Virus record (IMG/VR): IMGVR_UViG_3300028073_000008
Span: 32,001-96,000 of that record
DNA from: a virus
DNA length: 64,000 bases
Reading direction: 5' to 3' (one strand)
Part shown: piece by piece, positions 40,189 to 49,604 of the stretch
Position numbering within the stretch: position 1 is the first letter of the stretch
How the letters are laid out: each line of letters opens with the position of its first letter
Notes under the pieces: generated by a model
What the model was told of the DNA's origin: nothing
Database searches by the model: none
Seen by the model: only the letters and a program-made list of their open reading frames with translations
Made by a program: the position numbers and the translations under genes

Positions 40189-41556
40189 CTCCGGAAATAT
40201 AGATAAAAATTCAGTTTGTCTTATTCTATCTAGATTTTTTATATATTCTCGAAAGTCAGGTAACAAATGCGTATGGTCTTCTGCTGTAACAAATTTTAAT
40301 ATAGCTTCCCAACGTTTCCACCCATAGGGATTGATATTCCAAAAGTCATCATCCTGCCTATAGTTATCCCATAACCAAGTTTTTAATTCTTCAAAACTAT
40401 TACGCACTTCTTGTTTTTCATTCTCTGGTAATATCCGTGCGCTAAGATATGTAGGTATGTATAACAGATGTAGATTGATTATTCCGCCGCCTGCTTCATA
40501 TTCATCTAATTTAAATTTATTGATCTTTTTAAAATTTTGTGTCAATTTCCATTTGGCAAAATCTGCGATATGCTTGATGTTCAATATCTGTACAGCACAA
40601 GCTATATGTACGTGAATATTGTCTGGTGTATTATCTAGTAGTCTAAGACTACGTTCTACATCAGTCCATGCTGTAGGATATCTAATGTACGAATTCCGTT
40701 CACCTACAGCATCAATACTAAAAGCAAAACGCACCTGCTTGAATTTGGACCAAACATCTATTATATCCTGATCTACTAGTATACCATTAGAGTTGTATCT
40801 TAATGTTATTTTATCAGCATAACCTCTTGCTATGATTTCATCCAAGAACTTACGATGTTCCTTAATCATCAAGGGCTCGCCGCCGGCAAAATATAAGTGT
40901 CGTATGTTGGGTATCTGATCAAATATCTGTTCCCACAACTCAGGTCTTTCGTACCAATAGTTATTAAACTCTTTACGATCCCAGTTGATTTGATGTAACA
41001 CTGTCTTGCTACTAGTCATATTGACCAATTTGTCATAATCCTGTACCCAACGACTACTGTCATGAGGACTACACATTACACATTTCAAATTACAAGTATG
41101 TCCTAATCTTAGATCTAGATATCTGATCACTGGAGGAATTTTACCATCAGGATCTGTATTATCTATAAGGTCATTAAAATCCAATCCTTCTTTATTCCAT
41201 TCGTACAGTTCCCATAATCTTTTGCTAACTACACCATTAGATTCCTCTTCGAAACATTTGGTACAACTTGCTGGAATTTTTCCTTCTAGCATGGTCTTAC
41301 GAACACTACACATATATTCGTTGTTCAGCGCATCTAAAGGAAGCTCTCGACCAAAGTTAGCTGGCTGTCCGTTTTCTTTCTTTACCAACCCTACTGTATG
41401 ATCACCTGTGGCCGCGCCTGATGCGTTAGTGACACAGCAGAGTCTAGCATCACCGTTTGGTCTTGTGGCTATGTGTATCCATGGCAACGCACAAAAAGTA
41501 GGAGTACCTGTGCGCTCTTCAACTAACTTTATATAATTTTGGATTTTATCTTTCAC
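40165..41556 (-). CDS. radical SAM protein with twitch-like region
   Basis: FCALPW, CNLKCVMC, AGGEP. Confidence 0.88.
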   Translation of the reverse strand: MKDKIQNYIKLVEERTGTPTFCALPWIHIATRPNGDARLCCVTNASGAATGDHTVGLVKKENGQPANFGRELPLDALNNEYMCSVRKTMLEGKIPASCTKCFEEESNGVVSKRLWELYEWNKEGLDFNDLIDNTDPDGKIPPVIRYLDLRLGHTCNLKCVMCSPHDSSRWVQDYDKLVNMTSSKTVLHQINWDRKEFNNYWYERPELWEQIFDQIPNIRHLYFAGGEPLMIKEHRKFLDEIIARGYADKITLRYNSNGILVDQDIIDVWSKFKQVRFAFSIDAVGERNSYIRYPTAWTDVERSLRLLDNTPDNIHVHIACAVQILNIKHIADFAKWKLTQNFKKINKFKLDEYEAGGGIINLHLLYIPTYLSARILPENEKQEVRNSFEELKTWLWDNYRQDDDFWNINPYGWKRWEAILKFVTAEDHTHLLPDFREYIKNLDRIRQTEFLSIFPELQSLWSL

Positions 41557-41581
41557 TCTGTAGTTATCCTATAAATAGTTC

Positions 41582-42259
41582 ATGAACACTAATAATTGGA
41601 AACCCTATTACAAACAAGCCGAAAAAGAAGGTGGTTCAATAACCACACAGATGTGCTATACTCCGTTAGTCAGCCCCGATGGAAAGACTTTCTGTATGGA
41701 CTACAACTACCCTAGCCAATACCAGCTATCACAAGACAGGCTATGCTATAGAGAAGAGTTTGTCGAACTTATGTGGCAACGTGAAGTTGAATTCGTCAAC
41801 CACGTGAGATACTATCAGTGGGCACCCGAACTTGTAGATATCGCCGATCATAAGATATTTTTTAAATGGTATGGCGGTACCGTCAACGATGTTATCTATG
41901 GTAGTAGAGATCTAGAAAATAGACATCCTACTTGGAGACGAGATATACTTCGTGTGATCACCCAACAGTATAACGATGCTGGAATCATTAAACCAACAGT
42001 GTATCCACATAGTTATTATTATGATGGAATCGGAAATCTAAGAACTTTTGATTTTTATAGCTGCGTTTATAAAACTGATGTCAAGATACCTTATGAAGAT
42101 ATCAAAGATCTAGTAAGTGATAATTCTAGATTTGACGAAGCATTAGAAGATGATCAAGTTAACGTAGAAACTATTTTTAAATCTGGATTGTTAAAATATT
42201 CTAAATGGCCTGATAATCTACAGGCTGTTTATGATGCTATTTTTAGTGCCAAAGATTAA
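41582..42259 (+). CDS. kinase-fold-like hypothetical
   Basis: WQREV...APEL, YPHS, DFY; paralog of 46079..46762. Confidence 0.45.
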   Translation: MNTNNWKPYYKQAEKEGGSITTQMCYTPLVSPDGKTFCMDYNYPSQYQLSQDRLCYREEFVELMWQREVEFVNHVRYYQWAPELVDIADHKIFFKWYGGTVNDVIYGSRDLENRHPTWRRDILRVITQQYNDAGIIKPTVYPHSYYYDGIGNLRTFDFYSCVYKTDVKIPYEDIKDLVSDNSRFDEALEDDQVNVETIFKSGLLKYSKWPDNLQAVYDAIFSAKD

Positions 42260-42794
42260 AAGTATATTTCGGTGTCAGCCCACAGTTGGCACCAGCATGC
42301 CATGATCTTCTTTCAGGCCAGCGAAATACATCTCCTTGCCTTCTGAGATATAGACATTCATCTTCTACTATGAATATATGACCATGAGTAGGAGGTGAAA
42401 TATGGCAATGGAATCTATCCATTCCTCTTCCTTCTTTTATTAATGTTTCCTCGTCATCAGTGATATCCCAATGCCACGGAGCTACATCACCGGGTTTTAC
42501 TCTACTGATCCAACAGTTAGTATAACCGTCAAGGCCTACAAAATCTATAAATTTCTCGACGATGTCTCGACTAAAATTTACTCCCGGAAGATACATATCC
42601 CATCTAGCATTGCCTCCCTCGTGAGCCATCTTGTATCCAGCATTCCTTAGTTGGCCTGCTACTTCTTCTACACCAGGAACAGCGTGTCCTACGTCATGCT
42701 TAGGACCTACATAAGCAGGTTCTTGGTTGGCTAGATCTTCTATGACTTTGTTCCAATCTATTATCTCGGAACAGTTACCTACATATTTTACCAT
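42243..42794 (-). CDS. AspH-like 2OG-Fe(II) oxygenase
   Basis: PWHWD, WHAGANCG..K. Confidence 0.7.
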   Translation of the reverse strand: MVKYVGNCSEIIDWNKVIEDLANQEPAYVGPKHDVGHAVPGVEEVAGQLRNAGYKMAHEGGNARWDMYLPGVNFSRDIVEKFIDFVGLDGYTNCWISRVKPGDVAPWHWDITDDEETLIKEGRGMDRFHCHISPPTHGHIFIVEDECLYLRRQGDVFRWPERRSWHAGANCGLTPKYTFNLWH

Positions 42795-43346
42795 TTAAAT
42801 CTCTCTAAAATCTAGGCTAGAAATATATGTGTTTGACTTGAGAACAAAATCTACTATCTCAGTCATTTGTTTTTCTGTGCTGTATGGTTCATTAGATCTC
42901 TTGTCGGTTTTCATACCGTAATTAGCAAACCGTATCAATACGCTCTGAGGTTGCGGACCGAAAGGAGTTTCTATTGATAATTCTGCGTGTATTTTTTCTA
43001 GACTTAATTTATGTCCTAGCATGAACATATCGACAGGAATCCTTTTTAATAAACTGAAAGGAGCAGCAGTAGCCAGTGTGCCAAAGCTGATTATCTTTCC
43101 TGGTTTATTATTTTCCTGCCAGAGTCTATATACTCCATAGAGTAGGTCGCATTGAGAATGTCCCACATTGGCCAGATTAATAAAGTGATCGCAATCTAAA
43201 GATAATGCTATAACTTTTTCAATATCGGCAGGATCGGTAAGATCAAAATTACTAGAACGAGATATACCCACTATCTCGTGATCCTTATAAAACTCACAAA
43301 GTGCTCGTCCTACGCTAGAAGTATGTCCAGTCATTAACAGTTTCAT
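42795..43346 (-). CDS. short-chain dehydrogenase-like Rossmann protein
   Basis: TGHTSSVGRA, FINLA. Confidence 0.65.
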   Translation of the reverse strand: MKLLMTGHTSSVGRALCEFYKDHEIVGISRSSNFDLTDPADIEKVIALSLDCDHFINLANVGHSQCDLLYGVYRLWQENNKPGKIISFGTLATAAPFSLLKRIPVDMFMLGHKLSLEKIHAELSIETPFGPQPQSVLIRFANYGMKTDKRSNEPYSTEKQMTEIVDFVLKSNTYISSLDFREI

Positions 43347-44149
43347 CAGTAGGCCTCTATATGATCTATGCCCAATTTCTTACGGAACTCGTCGGTAAAT
43401 TTTCCATCTATTCTTAGACCATAACTCTGTTCCATTATGCGTTCACCGCCGTGCCAGTCAGTGTCGTTCCACCATGCTGCTCTTGTATTGAGATAGGTTT
43501 TGTTTTTTGTTTCTGGATCCCAAAGATAAAATGCTTTTTTAGTATTAGGACGTATGTGTATAAATTCATTCCTATGCGGCTTGATCACATTGATGCCATT
43601 AGCAGCATCTAGATCTCTATGCTCAAATGGAATGCCATCTGCTTCACAGTGAAAGAAAATAACACGACCTATATCAACAAAAATTTCTCCTACCATATTT
43701 TCTATCCAATTAACTACGTTAGGAAAATATTGTGCTTCGGGTGTTAGCTTTCTAGGTGCTGTTCTGTCATCCCATGAACCTTCTTCCCAAAGGAAATAAT
43801 AGATATATGGATCATATGCCCCCATTGCCATTTTGATATATCTAGTGAATATATTACGTTCTTGAAAATTTTTGAAATCTTTGGGCATCAGTTCTAAGCC
43901 TGCTTGTTTGATAGGATCGCTGTCAGGCAGATCGAGAAAGTCTTTCATGGCTTGATAAATTGGTTTCCAGTTATGGACATAACTCATATTATCAAAAGTA
44001 AATCCAGGAGTCATCCATGTGCCTTCTTTGGCATGATGCCTAGCCAAAGCAAACCCTTTGTATATTTCGGGCTGTAACCGATCAAACTCTACCATATTTA
44101 GGTAAGGTTCTATATCTATATAAGGTTGATTATTAATTCCTCTGAGCAT
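43346..44149 (-). CDS. 2OG-Fe(II) oxygenase-like
   Basis: EHRD...WHGG...LRIDG; start reassigned to MLRGIN. Confidence 0.55.
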   Translation of the reverse strand: MLRGINNQPYIDIEPYLNMVEFDRLQPEIYKGFALARHHAKEGTWMTPGFTFDNMSYVHNWKPIYQAMKDFLDLPDSDPIKQAGLELMPKDFKNFQERNIFTRYIKMAMGAYDPYIYYFLWEEGSWDDRTAPRKLTPEAQYFPNVVNWIENMVGEIFVDIGRVIFFHCEADGIPFEHRDLDAANGINVIKPHRNEFIHIRPNTKKAFYLWDPETKNKTYLNTRAAWWNDTDWHGGERIMEQSYGLRIDGKFTDEFRKKLGIDHIEAY

Positions 44150-44191
44150 AAAATTATTTATAGGGTGGTTCCCAGCGGAGTTAAATATCTG

Positions 44192-44851
44192 ATGATACAC
44201 GATGGTCGATACTATTTGGTAAGCACTGCCAGAAGTCTTAAACTGGACTTAAAAATTCCGCATGAAGAAATGCTAAGTGAAGCCAAAGCACTGCGCGAAC
44301 ACTTCATAGAATACCGGGCCGATGGTGATCAATATAAAGGTTGGCACAGTTTACCTATACACGGGCTAGGCGATGACAAACCCTATAGCTGGGAAGATTA
44401 CGGCTACAAGACAGCTAACGCAGCCAGTGATGATATGAAATGGACTACATGGGCCAATTTATGTCCGGTCACTGTGGCTTGGCTCAAGATGGTCTTTCCT
44501 AGCAAACGTTTTGGTCGGGTGAGGTTTATGTTACTAGAAGCCGGTGGCAGTATAGGTCTACATAAAGACACCGATCATAGCATATTGGAAATGGTAAACA
44601 TAGCACTAAACAATCCGGAAGGGTGTGAATGGCATTGGGGTGATGGCAGTAGTCTAGACTTTTCACCAGGTGATGCTTATGCGGTCAATCTTAGCTACGA
44701 GCATCGAGTGATCAATAACAGTGGAATAGATAGGTATCATCTGATAGTACACCATCATGATTCTACACCAGAATGGGTATCTATGATGAAGAAAGCATTA
44801 AAGGAACATGGCGAAAAAGGTGAGTTTCATCACAGTACGATGCTGTACTGA
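44192..44851 (+). CDS. AspH-like 2OG-Fe(II) oxygenase
   Basis: RVRFM.LE.GG.I..HKD, H.V.N.S..DRYH. Confidence 0.75.
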   Translation: MIHDGRYYLVSTARSLKLDLKIPHEEMLSEAKALREHFIEYRADGDQYKGWHSLPIHGLGDDKPYSWEDYGYKTANAASDDMKWTTWANLCPVTVAWLKMVFPSKRFGRVRFMLLEAGGSIGLHKDTDHSILEMVNIALNNPEGCEWHWGDGSSLDFSPGDAYAVNLSYEHRVINNSGIDRYHLIVHHHDSTPEWVSMMKKALKEHGEKGEFHHSTMLY

Positions 44852-46082
44852 TGACGAGTGGTTGAACAACAAGATGCTCCAGATCACTAGATCGGGTCAG
44901 GAGCATCTGGTGAACGGAAGATATCCTACATATATCATTGACAACTATGACCAAATCAACAACTACCTAGATGACGCCGATTGGCTATTTGTACAGACAG
45001 CAGGCGACTACATATTAGATTTTGATCACTTATGGACAAAGATACACTCCATACCTGACTATGTAGGACTTGTAGGACATCTAATCTGGGACCAAGGTGA
45101 ATTTACTCCCTATCTAGAGGAACAGTGTTTTATTATAAACACCAAAGCTGTTAAACATCTAGATTTTAATTCATATATCGAAACAGGTAAAAACTTCATA
45201 AGAAGCGAAGATGACTTACATGAAGGTCATGCTCCTTTATGGTTAGCATTAGGAGATCGTACAGAGATACGACATGGTAAGTTTGGAACCAAGCTGATGT
45301 CAGATATCTTAGAGAACGATTACTCTGTAGTAAATTTTGATCAGTCGTGGAGATATTCTGACACGATCAAATTACCTATTAGACAAAATCCCTTGATAGA
45401 ACAGCTGCCTACTAGAGGATATCTCTATCCGTATATAAAAACAGTGGCTTTTTCAGAAGCTCTAAAGTCTCTCAAGAGCAGCGATTATCTAGATCCAGCA
45501 CAGCAGATAGCACTATCTGTGATCAACGAAACTATGAAGTTTAATTATATCAACGCCCTCTATTGGGATGATATCGTCAAAGACTACGACTGCGACTTAG
45601 TCATAGCACCTGCTAATGGGCTTATGGCTGAAACTTTGGCCTACTACAATCATGCCAAGAAGATTGTGATATACGATATTAATCCAAACAACATAGAATT
45701 CAAAAAATTTCTATATGAAAATTTTGATGGGCATGACTATGAACAATTTTATAAAAAATATGCCAAAGAAAGAAATCTCAAGATAGAACCCAATCATACT
45801 GTAGCGATAACCGATGAAATAAAATACCATAACAGAGAAGTGTTAGCCAATTGGGATAAGATCAAGAAGATAGAAAAGACGTATATCAGTGGTGATCTAT
45901 TTACGACATTGCCTTGGATACTTCCTCTTATAAGCAGCAAGACTATCATACACACTAGCACTATCTTAGGATACTATATCTTTTCCAATATACTACACGA
46001 CCAAGAAGAGATAGATATGCGTGTAAGTGAACTATCAGCAGTTATAGAATCCACTGGAGCCGTTTGGTTAGGAGAAAGATGA
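44808..46082 (+). CDS. hypothetical protein
   Basis: long ORF inside cluster. Confidence 0.65.
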   Translation: MAKKVSFITVRCCTDDEWLNNKMLQITRSGQEHLVNGRYPTYIIDNYDQINNYLDDADWLFVQTAGDYILDFDHLWTKIHSIPDYVGLVGHLIWDQGEFTPYLEEQCFIINTKAVKHLDFNSYIETGKNFIRSEDDLHEGHAPLWLALGDRTEIRHGKFGTKLMSDILENDYSVVNFDQSWRYSDTIKLPIRQNPLIEQLPTRGYLYPYIKTVAFSEALKSLKSSDYLDPAQQIALSVINETMKFNYINALYWDDIVKDYDCDLVIAPANGLMAETLAYYNHAKKIVIYDINPNNIEFKKFLYENFDGHDYEQFYKKYAKERNLKIEPNHTVAITDEIKYHNREVLANWDKIKKIEKTYISGDLFTTLPWILPLISSKTIIHTSTILGYYIFSNILHDQEEIDMRVSELSAVIESTGAVWLGER

Positions 46083-46762
46083 AGTACGAATACTATTACA
46101 ATCAGATGCCAGGGCAAGAACCTTGGCGCAACAATCTGATCTATACCAGCCTTATGAGCGAAGATGGTACTGTATTCGTACAATGGTACTATAATGATAC
46201 TGCCTATCACCAAGGGCAGAATCAGGTAGTGGATCCCGAATTGATGGAAGAAAAATGGCAACGTGAGCTAAAGTATCTACAGCTGATGCGAGCTTCGCAC
46301 AGTCATCTGGTGCCAGAAATACTAGACATCGATTACAAGTATAGAAAAATCTATCTGCGTGTCAATGGCAACGACTTTTGGCAGCGTAAGCTAGACGTTG
46401 GCAGTTTCGATGCTGTGTTGCCCAATTGGCGTGAACAGATGTTGGAAATCATAGACGCACACAAGAAGCTAAAATTACACAAATACAGCATGCATCCCAG
46501 CAGCTATTTCCTAGTCGACGGACAGTTGAAAAGCATCAACTACTTTTTTACCTATCACGACAGCGAACCTTATATCAGCATAGCCGACGTAGAAAGCCAT
46601 ATCTATTCTACGAGACAGGAACAGATGAAGAAAGTGTTAGCTGAAAGCACGATTAGCTGGAACGATCCGCAACCCTGGACCACTTTCGATTGGCTGTGTT
46701 GGAACAGCTTTAGATCAGAATATCCAGCAGATTTCGTAGAGGAAGCATTAAAACATGTTTAA
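46079..46762 (+). CDS. kinase-fold-like hypothetical
   Basis: WQREL...VPEI, MHPSS, INYF. Confidence 0.45.
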   Translation: MKYEYYYNQMPGQEPWRNNLIYTSLMSEDGTVFVQWYYNDTAYHQGQNQVVDPELMEEKWQRELKYLQLMRASHSHLVPEILDIDYKYRKIYLRVNGNDFWQRKLDVGSFDAVLPNWREQMLEIIDAHKKLKLHKYSMHPSSYFLVDGQLKSINYFFTYHDSEPYISIADVESHIYSTRQEQMKKVLAESTISWNDPQPWTTFDWLCWNSFRSEYPADFVEEALKHV

Positions 46763-47312
46763 ACTCATACGCTGGAACCCCGATCTAGATCTTTCGGACT
46801 TTTACAGGCGAGCAGCAGCCAAAGGTTTTGAAAATAATTCCAATCAGCAGATCATGATCGATTCTTTGAGCAAAGAAGAACGATGGGCCGCATGGATTTT
46901 ATATTATAATGATCTAGCTGCTGGTGCTGTAGCTGCGCATTCTTTTCCTGAGATGGGAGAAAATGCTTATAGGATCTGCGCCAGGACTTGTGTACTATCT
47001 GATGATCTGCCTTTACATCATTTGAGAACCAAATGGGGAATCATACGGCATCAAAACTACACCGCACAGTTTTTCATACCTGCCTGTATAGAATGGGCCG
47101 GTCGTGACAAAGATCTTTACATCACTAGCAATGAAAGCAAATCAGGTAGCCAAAGACTGGTACATGAAATTTTTTGTCCTTTATTAGCCAAAAGTGGTGT
47201 ACTTTCCAAAACAAAGGATATATACTATAGAGGTCTTACACAAACTGCTTGGCGTCTCGATGTTGAGCTGTTTTTTAAGCAACTAGATCAATTTGGTAGA
47301 TGGGTGTTGTAA
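46755..47312 (+). CDS. GNAT-like hypothetical
   Basis: AYRICARTC..., LYITSN. Confidence 0.4.
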   Translation: MFKLIRWNPDLDLSDFYRRAAAKGFENNSNQQIMIDSLSKEERWAAWILYYNDLAAGAVAAHSFPEMGENAYRICARTCVLSDDLPLHHLRTKWGIIRHQNYTAQFFIPACIEWAGRDKDLYITSNESKSGSQRLVHEIFCPLLAKSGVLSKTKDIYYRGLTQTAWRLDVELFFKQLDQFGRWVL

Positions 47313-47347
47313 AAATGCAACAATTTTACCAAAAATGAATCTAGGGG

Positions 47348-47376
47348 TTGACAACGAGACTAAATAAACTTATACT
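47348..47376 (+). promoter_or_regulatory. sigma70 promoter heading the tRNA region
   Basis: TTGACA-17-TATACT; embedded TAAATA. Confidence 0.85.
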
Positions 47377-47417
47377 TGGACTAACTGTTAGAAATAACAG
47401 AAAGGAAACTGAAGCAA

Positions 47418-47567
47418 ATGAAATCATCGACATTACATAGACAAATGATACAGAAAGCGCAATTGGGCGGCTTTAATGCCACCTATTGGCCCGTATGTTC
47501 AATTAGTCTCGCTAATGATCGTACACCAGAGCTACAGCCGGGGTCCACGAAGGATACGATGATGTAA
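47418..47567 (+). CDS. candidate attenuator leader peptide (49 aa, all 20 amino acids)
   Basis: AAGGA then MKSSTLHRQMIQKAQLGGFNATYWPVCSISLANDRTPELQPGSTKDTMM; 37 distinct codons. Confidence 0.7.
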   Translation: MKSSTLHRQMIQKAQLGGFNATYWPVCSISLANDRTPELQPGSTKDTMM

Positions 47568-47603
47568 CACAAATTACACATCAAGAATTCAAAGGACCCC
47601 AGG
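47538..47603 (+). promoter_or_regulatory. antiterminator hairpin
   Basis: CCGGGGTCC pairs with GGACCCC(A)GG; inner stem GATGATGTAA/TTACACATC. Confidence 0.65.
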
Positions 47604-47628
47604 ATTAAAAACCCTGGGGTTTTTGTTT
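47596..47628 (+). terminator. intrinsic terminator (attenuator)
   Basis: ACCCCAGG-loop-CCTGGGGT then TTTTGTTT. Confidence 0.85.
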
Positions 47629-47642
47629 ATAAGGAATGAAGA

Positions 47643-47831
47643 ATGGAATGGAAATACGAAAACATCGATCATAGCAAGCTCAATGATCGTATCGTCGAGC
47701 AAGCATATCATGGAACGCTTCCATCTGTTTTAAACGAGGAAAGTGTTCAGCGTATGATCGCTGACAAGATTGAAAGAGCAAAACAGGAAAGAAACTGCTT
47801 AGTTAAGCTAGGTTACTTTACTGAGAACTAA
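47643..47831 (+). CDS. hypothetical protein, first gene after attenuator
   Basis: SD AAGGA. Confidence 0.6.
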   Translation: MEWKYENIDHSKLNDRIVEQAYHGTLPSVLNEESVQRMIADKIERAKQERNCLVKLGYFTEN

Positions 47832-47840
47832 AGTGTGTAT

Positions 47841-48064
47841 AGGGAACGCGGCCCTGCTGGCACTATAAACATCGGCTATTAACGTGGGCGGCCTGGGGGA
47901 TGAGAAGCCTGTGGCGGAAACGCAGGTGGTAAAAACCCAGTGTAGTTAAACACTCTCTCTTGCCTTTGAAACAGGCATGACAGCATAGCGGAGAGTGCTT
48001 AACTACCCACACCTACCCTTCTCCCCCTGACGGATAAAACGCATAGCGGCTGGAATAGGTGTGG
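47841..48064 (+). ncRNA. unassigned structured RNA(s)
   Basis: non-coding; several stems including GTAGTTAAACACTCTC/GAGAGTGCTTAACTAC and CCACACCTA/TAGGTGTGG. Confidence 0.45.
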
Positions 48065-48074
48065 TACATAATTT

Positions 48075-48160
48075 GGAGGCGTGTGCCGAGCAGCGAAGGC
48101 AGCGGTCTGTAAAACCGTGACATAGAAACAGCGTAGGTGCGAGTCCTACCGCCTCCACCA
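48075..48160 (+). tRNA. tRNA-Tyr(GTA)
   Basis: cloverleaf, long V arm, CCA. Confidence 0.88.
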
Positions 48161-48188
48161 TATTCACGCTAAATATTAGGCAAGGAGA

Positions 48189-48626
48189 ATGCCTATGATA
48201 GCTACTAAATTTACTACGACTAACAATGATTCTAATTTTACAACCATCGACGAGTTCAGTGGGTGGTTAAGGGATCTTGTAGGAATAGAATATTTTAAAG
48301 AACTGACTTATATTAGGTCGGATGCGATCATAGACGGAATTGCTACTCCTGTAGGTAGTTATTATTGGGAAGCAGAAACAAAGAGTGCGATTTATATGGT
48401 CTTTCATCGAGATCTGCTTGACGCTAAATCCTTCCAATTAAATTACCTTTCTAATGATATAGCACGTTCTGTAGAGCAGGCCGTCAAAGAACACGGTTGG
48501 TCTATTAAGATGGAATCACTATCAGCAGATCCTGATCCGGAAGTTAGCAATTTCCAAATCATAGATCATCCTACAAACGTAGAAAACATACGCCCTAGCA
48601 GAAGAACAGAAATTAGCGGCCCTTAA
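48189..48626 (+). CDS. hypothetical protein
   Basis: TAAATA and AAGGAG upstream; stop lies inside next tRNA. Confidence 0.6.
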   Translation: MPMIATKFTTTNNDSNFTTIDEFSGWLRDLVGIEYFKELTYIRSDAIIDGIATPVGSYYWEAETKSAIYMVFHRDLLDAKSFQLNYLSNDIARSVEQAVKEHGWSIKMESLSADPDPEVSNFQIIDHPTNVENIRPSRRTEISGP

Positions 48627-48694
48627 CTCAGCTGGACCAGAGTGCTTGTCTTCGAAACAAGAAGTCGGGAGTTCGAATCTCTCAGGGCCGGCCA
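48617..48694 (+). tRNA. tRNA-Arg(TCG)
   Basis: cttgt-CTTCGAA-acaag, CCA. Confidence 0.88.
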
Positions 48695-48700
48695 ATCATT

Positions 48701-48774
48701 ATCGGACTGATGTAACGGCAGCATGACGGTCTCCAAAACCGTTCGTTGGGGTTCAAATCCCTAGTCCGGTGCCA
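48701..48774 (+). tRNA. tRNA-Trp(CCA)
   Basis: acggt-CTCCAAA-accgt, CCA. Confidence 0.88.
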
Positions 48775-48777
48775 TTT

Positions 48778-48855
48778 ACCACTTTAGCTCAACTGGATAA
48801 GAGCACAACCTTGCGAAGGTTGAGGTTAGGGGTTCGAGTCCCTTAAGTGGTGCCA
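48778..48855 (+). tRNA. tRNA-Arg(GCG)
   Basis: caacc-TTGCGAA-ggttg, CCA. Confidence 0.85.
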
Positions 48856-49268
48856 AAGATGTCTGGATGTGAAGGTTTAACTGTAACATTTATGACTTTG
48901 CTGACAAATTTAAAATGTCGGCTCAACGTATCAAATATTTCGATGTTAAGTGCTTGACCTGCTCGGCTATAACTGTTACTGCCTATAGCACCATAGTAAT
49001 CTATGTCAAGACCTTTGCGTCGACCATAGTCAGGAAATACACCACAAAGAAAGAGACATTCGTCTCCTAAGCTCTTAGCATCATGTGAGTTTTTTATCCT
49101 ATGATAAGTTTCTATGAAACTATCTTCGGGCATCCAGTTTGGACGATCGATATGGCTGGCGAGCAACATGACTACATATTGCTCGACGAACAACGGCAGC
49201 TCATACCCGTAACTATCTTTAGTTTGGTTAATGAGCAGCTTGAATGCTGAAACGTATTCATCGCTCAT
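48843..49268 (-). CDS. hypothetical protein, antisense within tRNA array
   Basis: MSDEYV...LGDECLFLCGVFP; minus-strand TAAATA upstream. Confidence 0.65.
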   Translation of the reverse strand: MSDEYVSAFKLLINQTKDSYGYELPLFVEQYVVMLLASHIDRPNWMPEDSFIETYHRIKNSHDAKSLGDECLFLCGVFPDYGRRKGLDIDYYGAIGSNSYSRAGQALNIEIFDTLSRHFKFVSKVINVTVKPSHPDIFGTT

Positions 49269-49286
49269 AATAATATTTATTTCAGA

Positions 49287-49360
49287 GGTGTCTTTAGTGT
49301 AGTGGTAGCAAAGCTGACTGTGAATCAGCAGGCGAGGGTTCGATTCCCCAAGGCACCCCA
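49287..49360 (+). tRNA. tRNA-His(GTG), canonical G-1:C73 type
   Basis: gctga-CTGTGAA-tcagc; G-1, C73, CCA. Confidence 0.85.
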
Positions 49361-49365
49361 TTTTA

Positions 49366-49515
49366 AGGGATAGACGATAGTTTAGAGTCCCTGCCAGTCT
49401 AGGCACAGTGGGGTTGACTGTGTTGACACTATAGTATGACTGAAGCCGGTATGTTAAACTTGACTATTCGAGACAATCTAGCGAGTCCTCCCAGGAGGAT
49501 AGTTAGGCGCCCGAC
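49366..49515 (+). ncRNA. unassigned structured RNA
   Basis: non-coding spacer with several hairpins. Confidence 0.35.
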
Positions 49516-49521
49516 TTTTAT

Positions 49522-49599
49522 CTGTGTGTAATGTCAGCCCGGGAGACGGCCTGGTTTGGAGCCAGGAGGCCGTAGGTTCAAATCCTACCACACAGACCA
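49522..49599 (+). tRNA. tRNA-Pro(TGG)
   Basis: cctgg-TTTGGAG-ccagg, CCA. Confidence 0.85.
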
Positions 49600-49604
49600 A
49601 ATAT

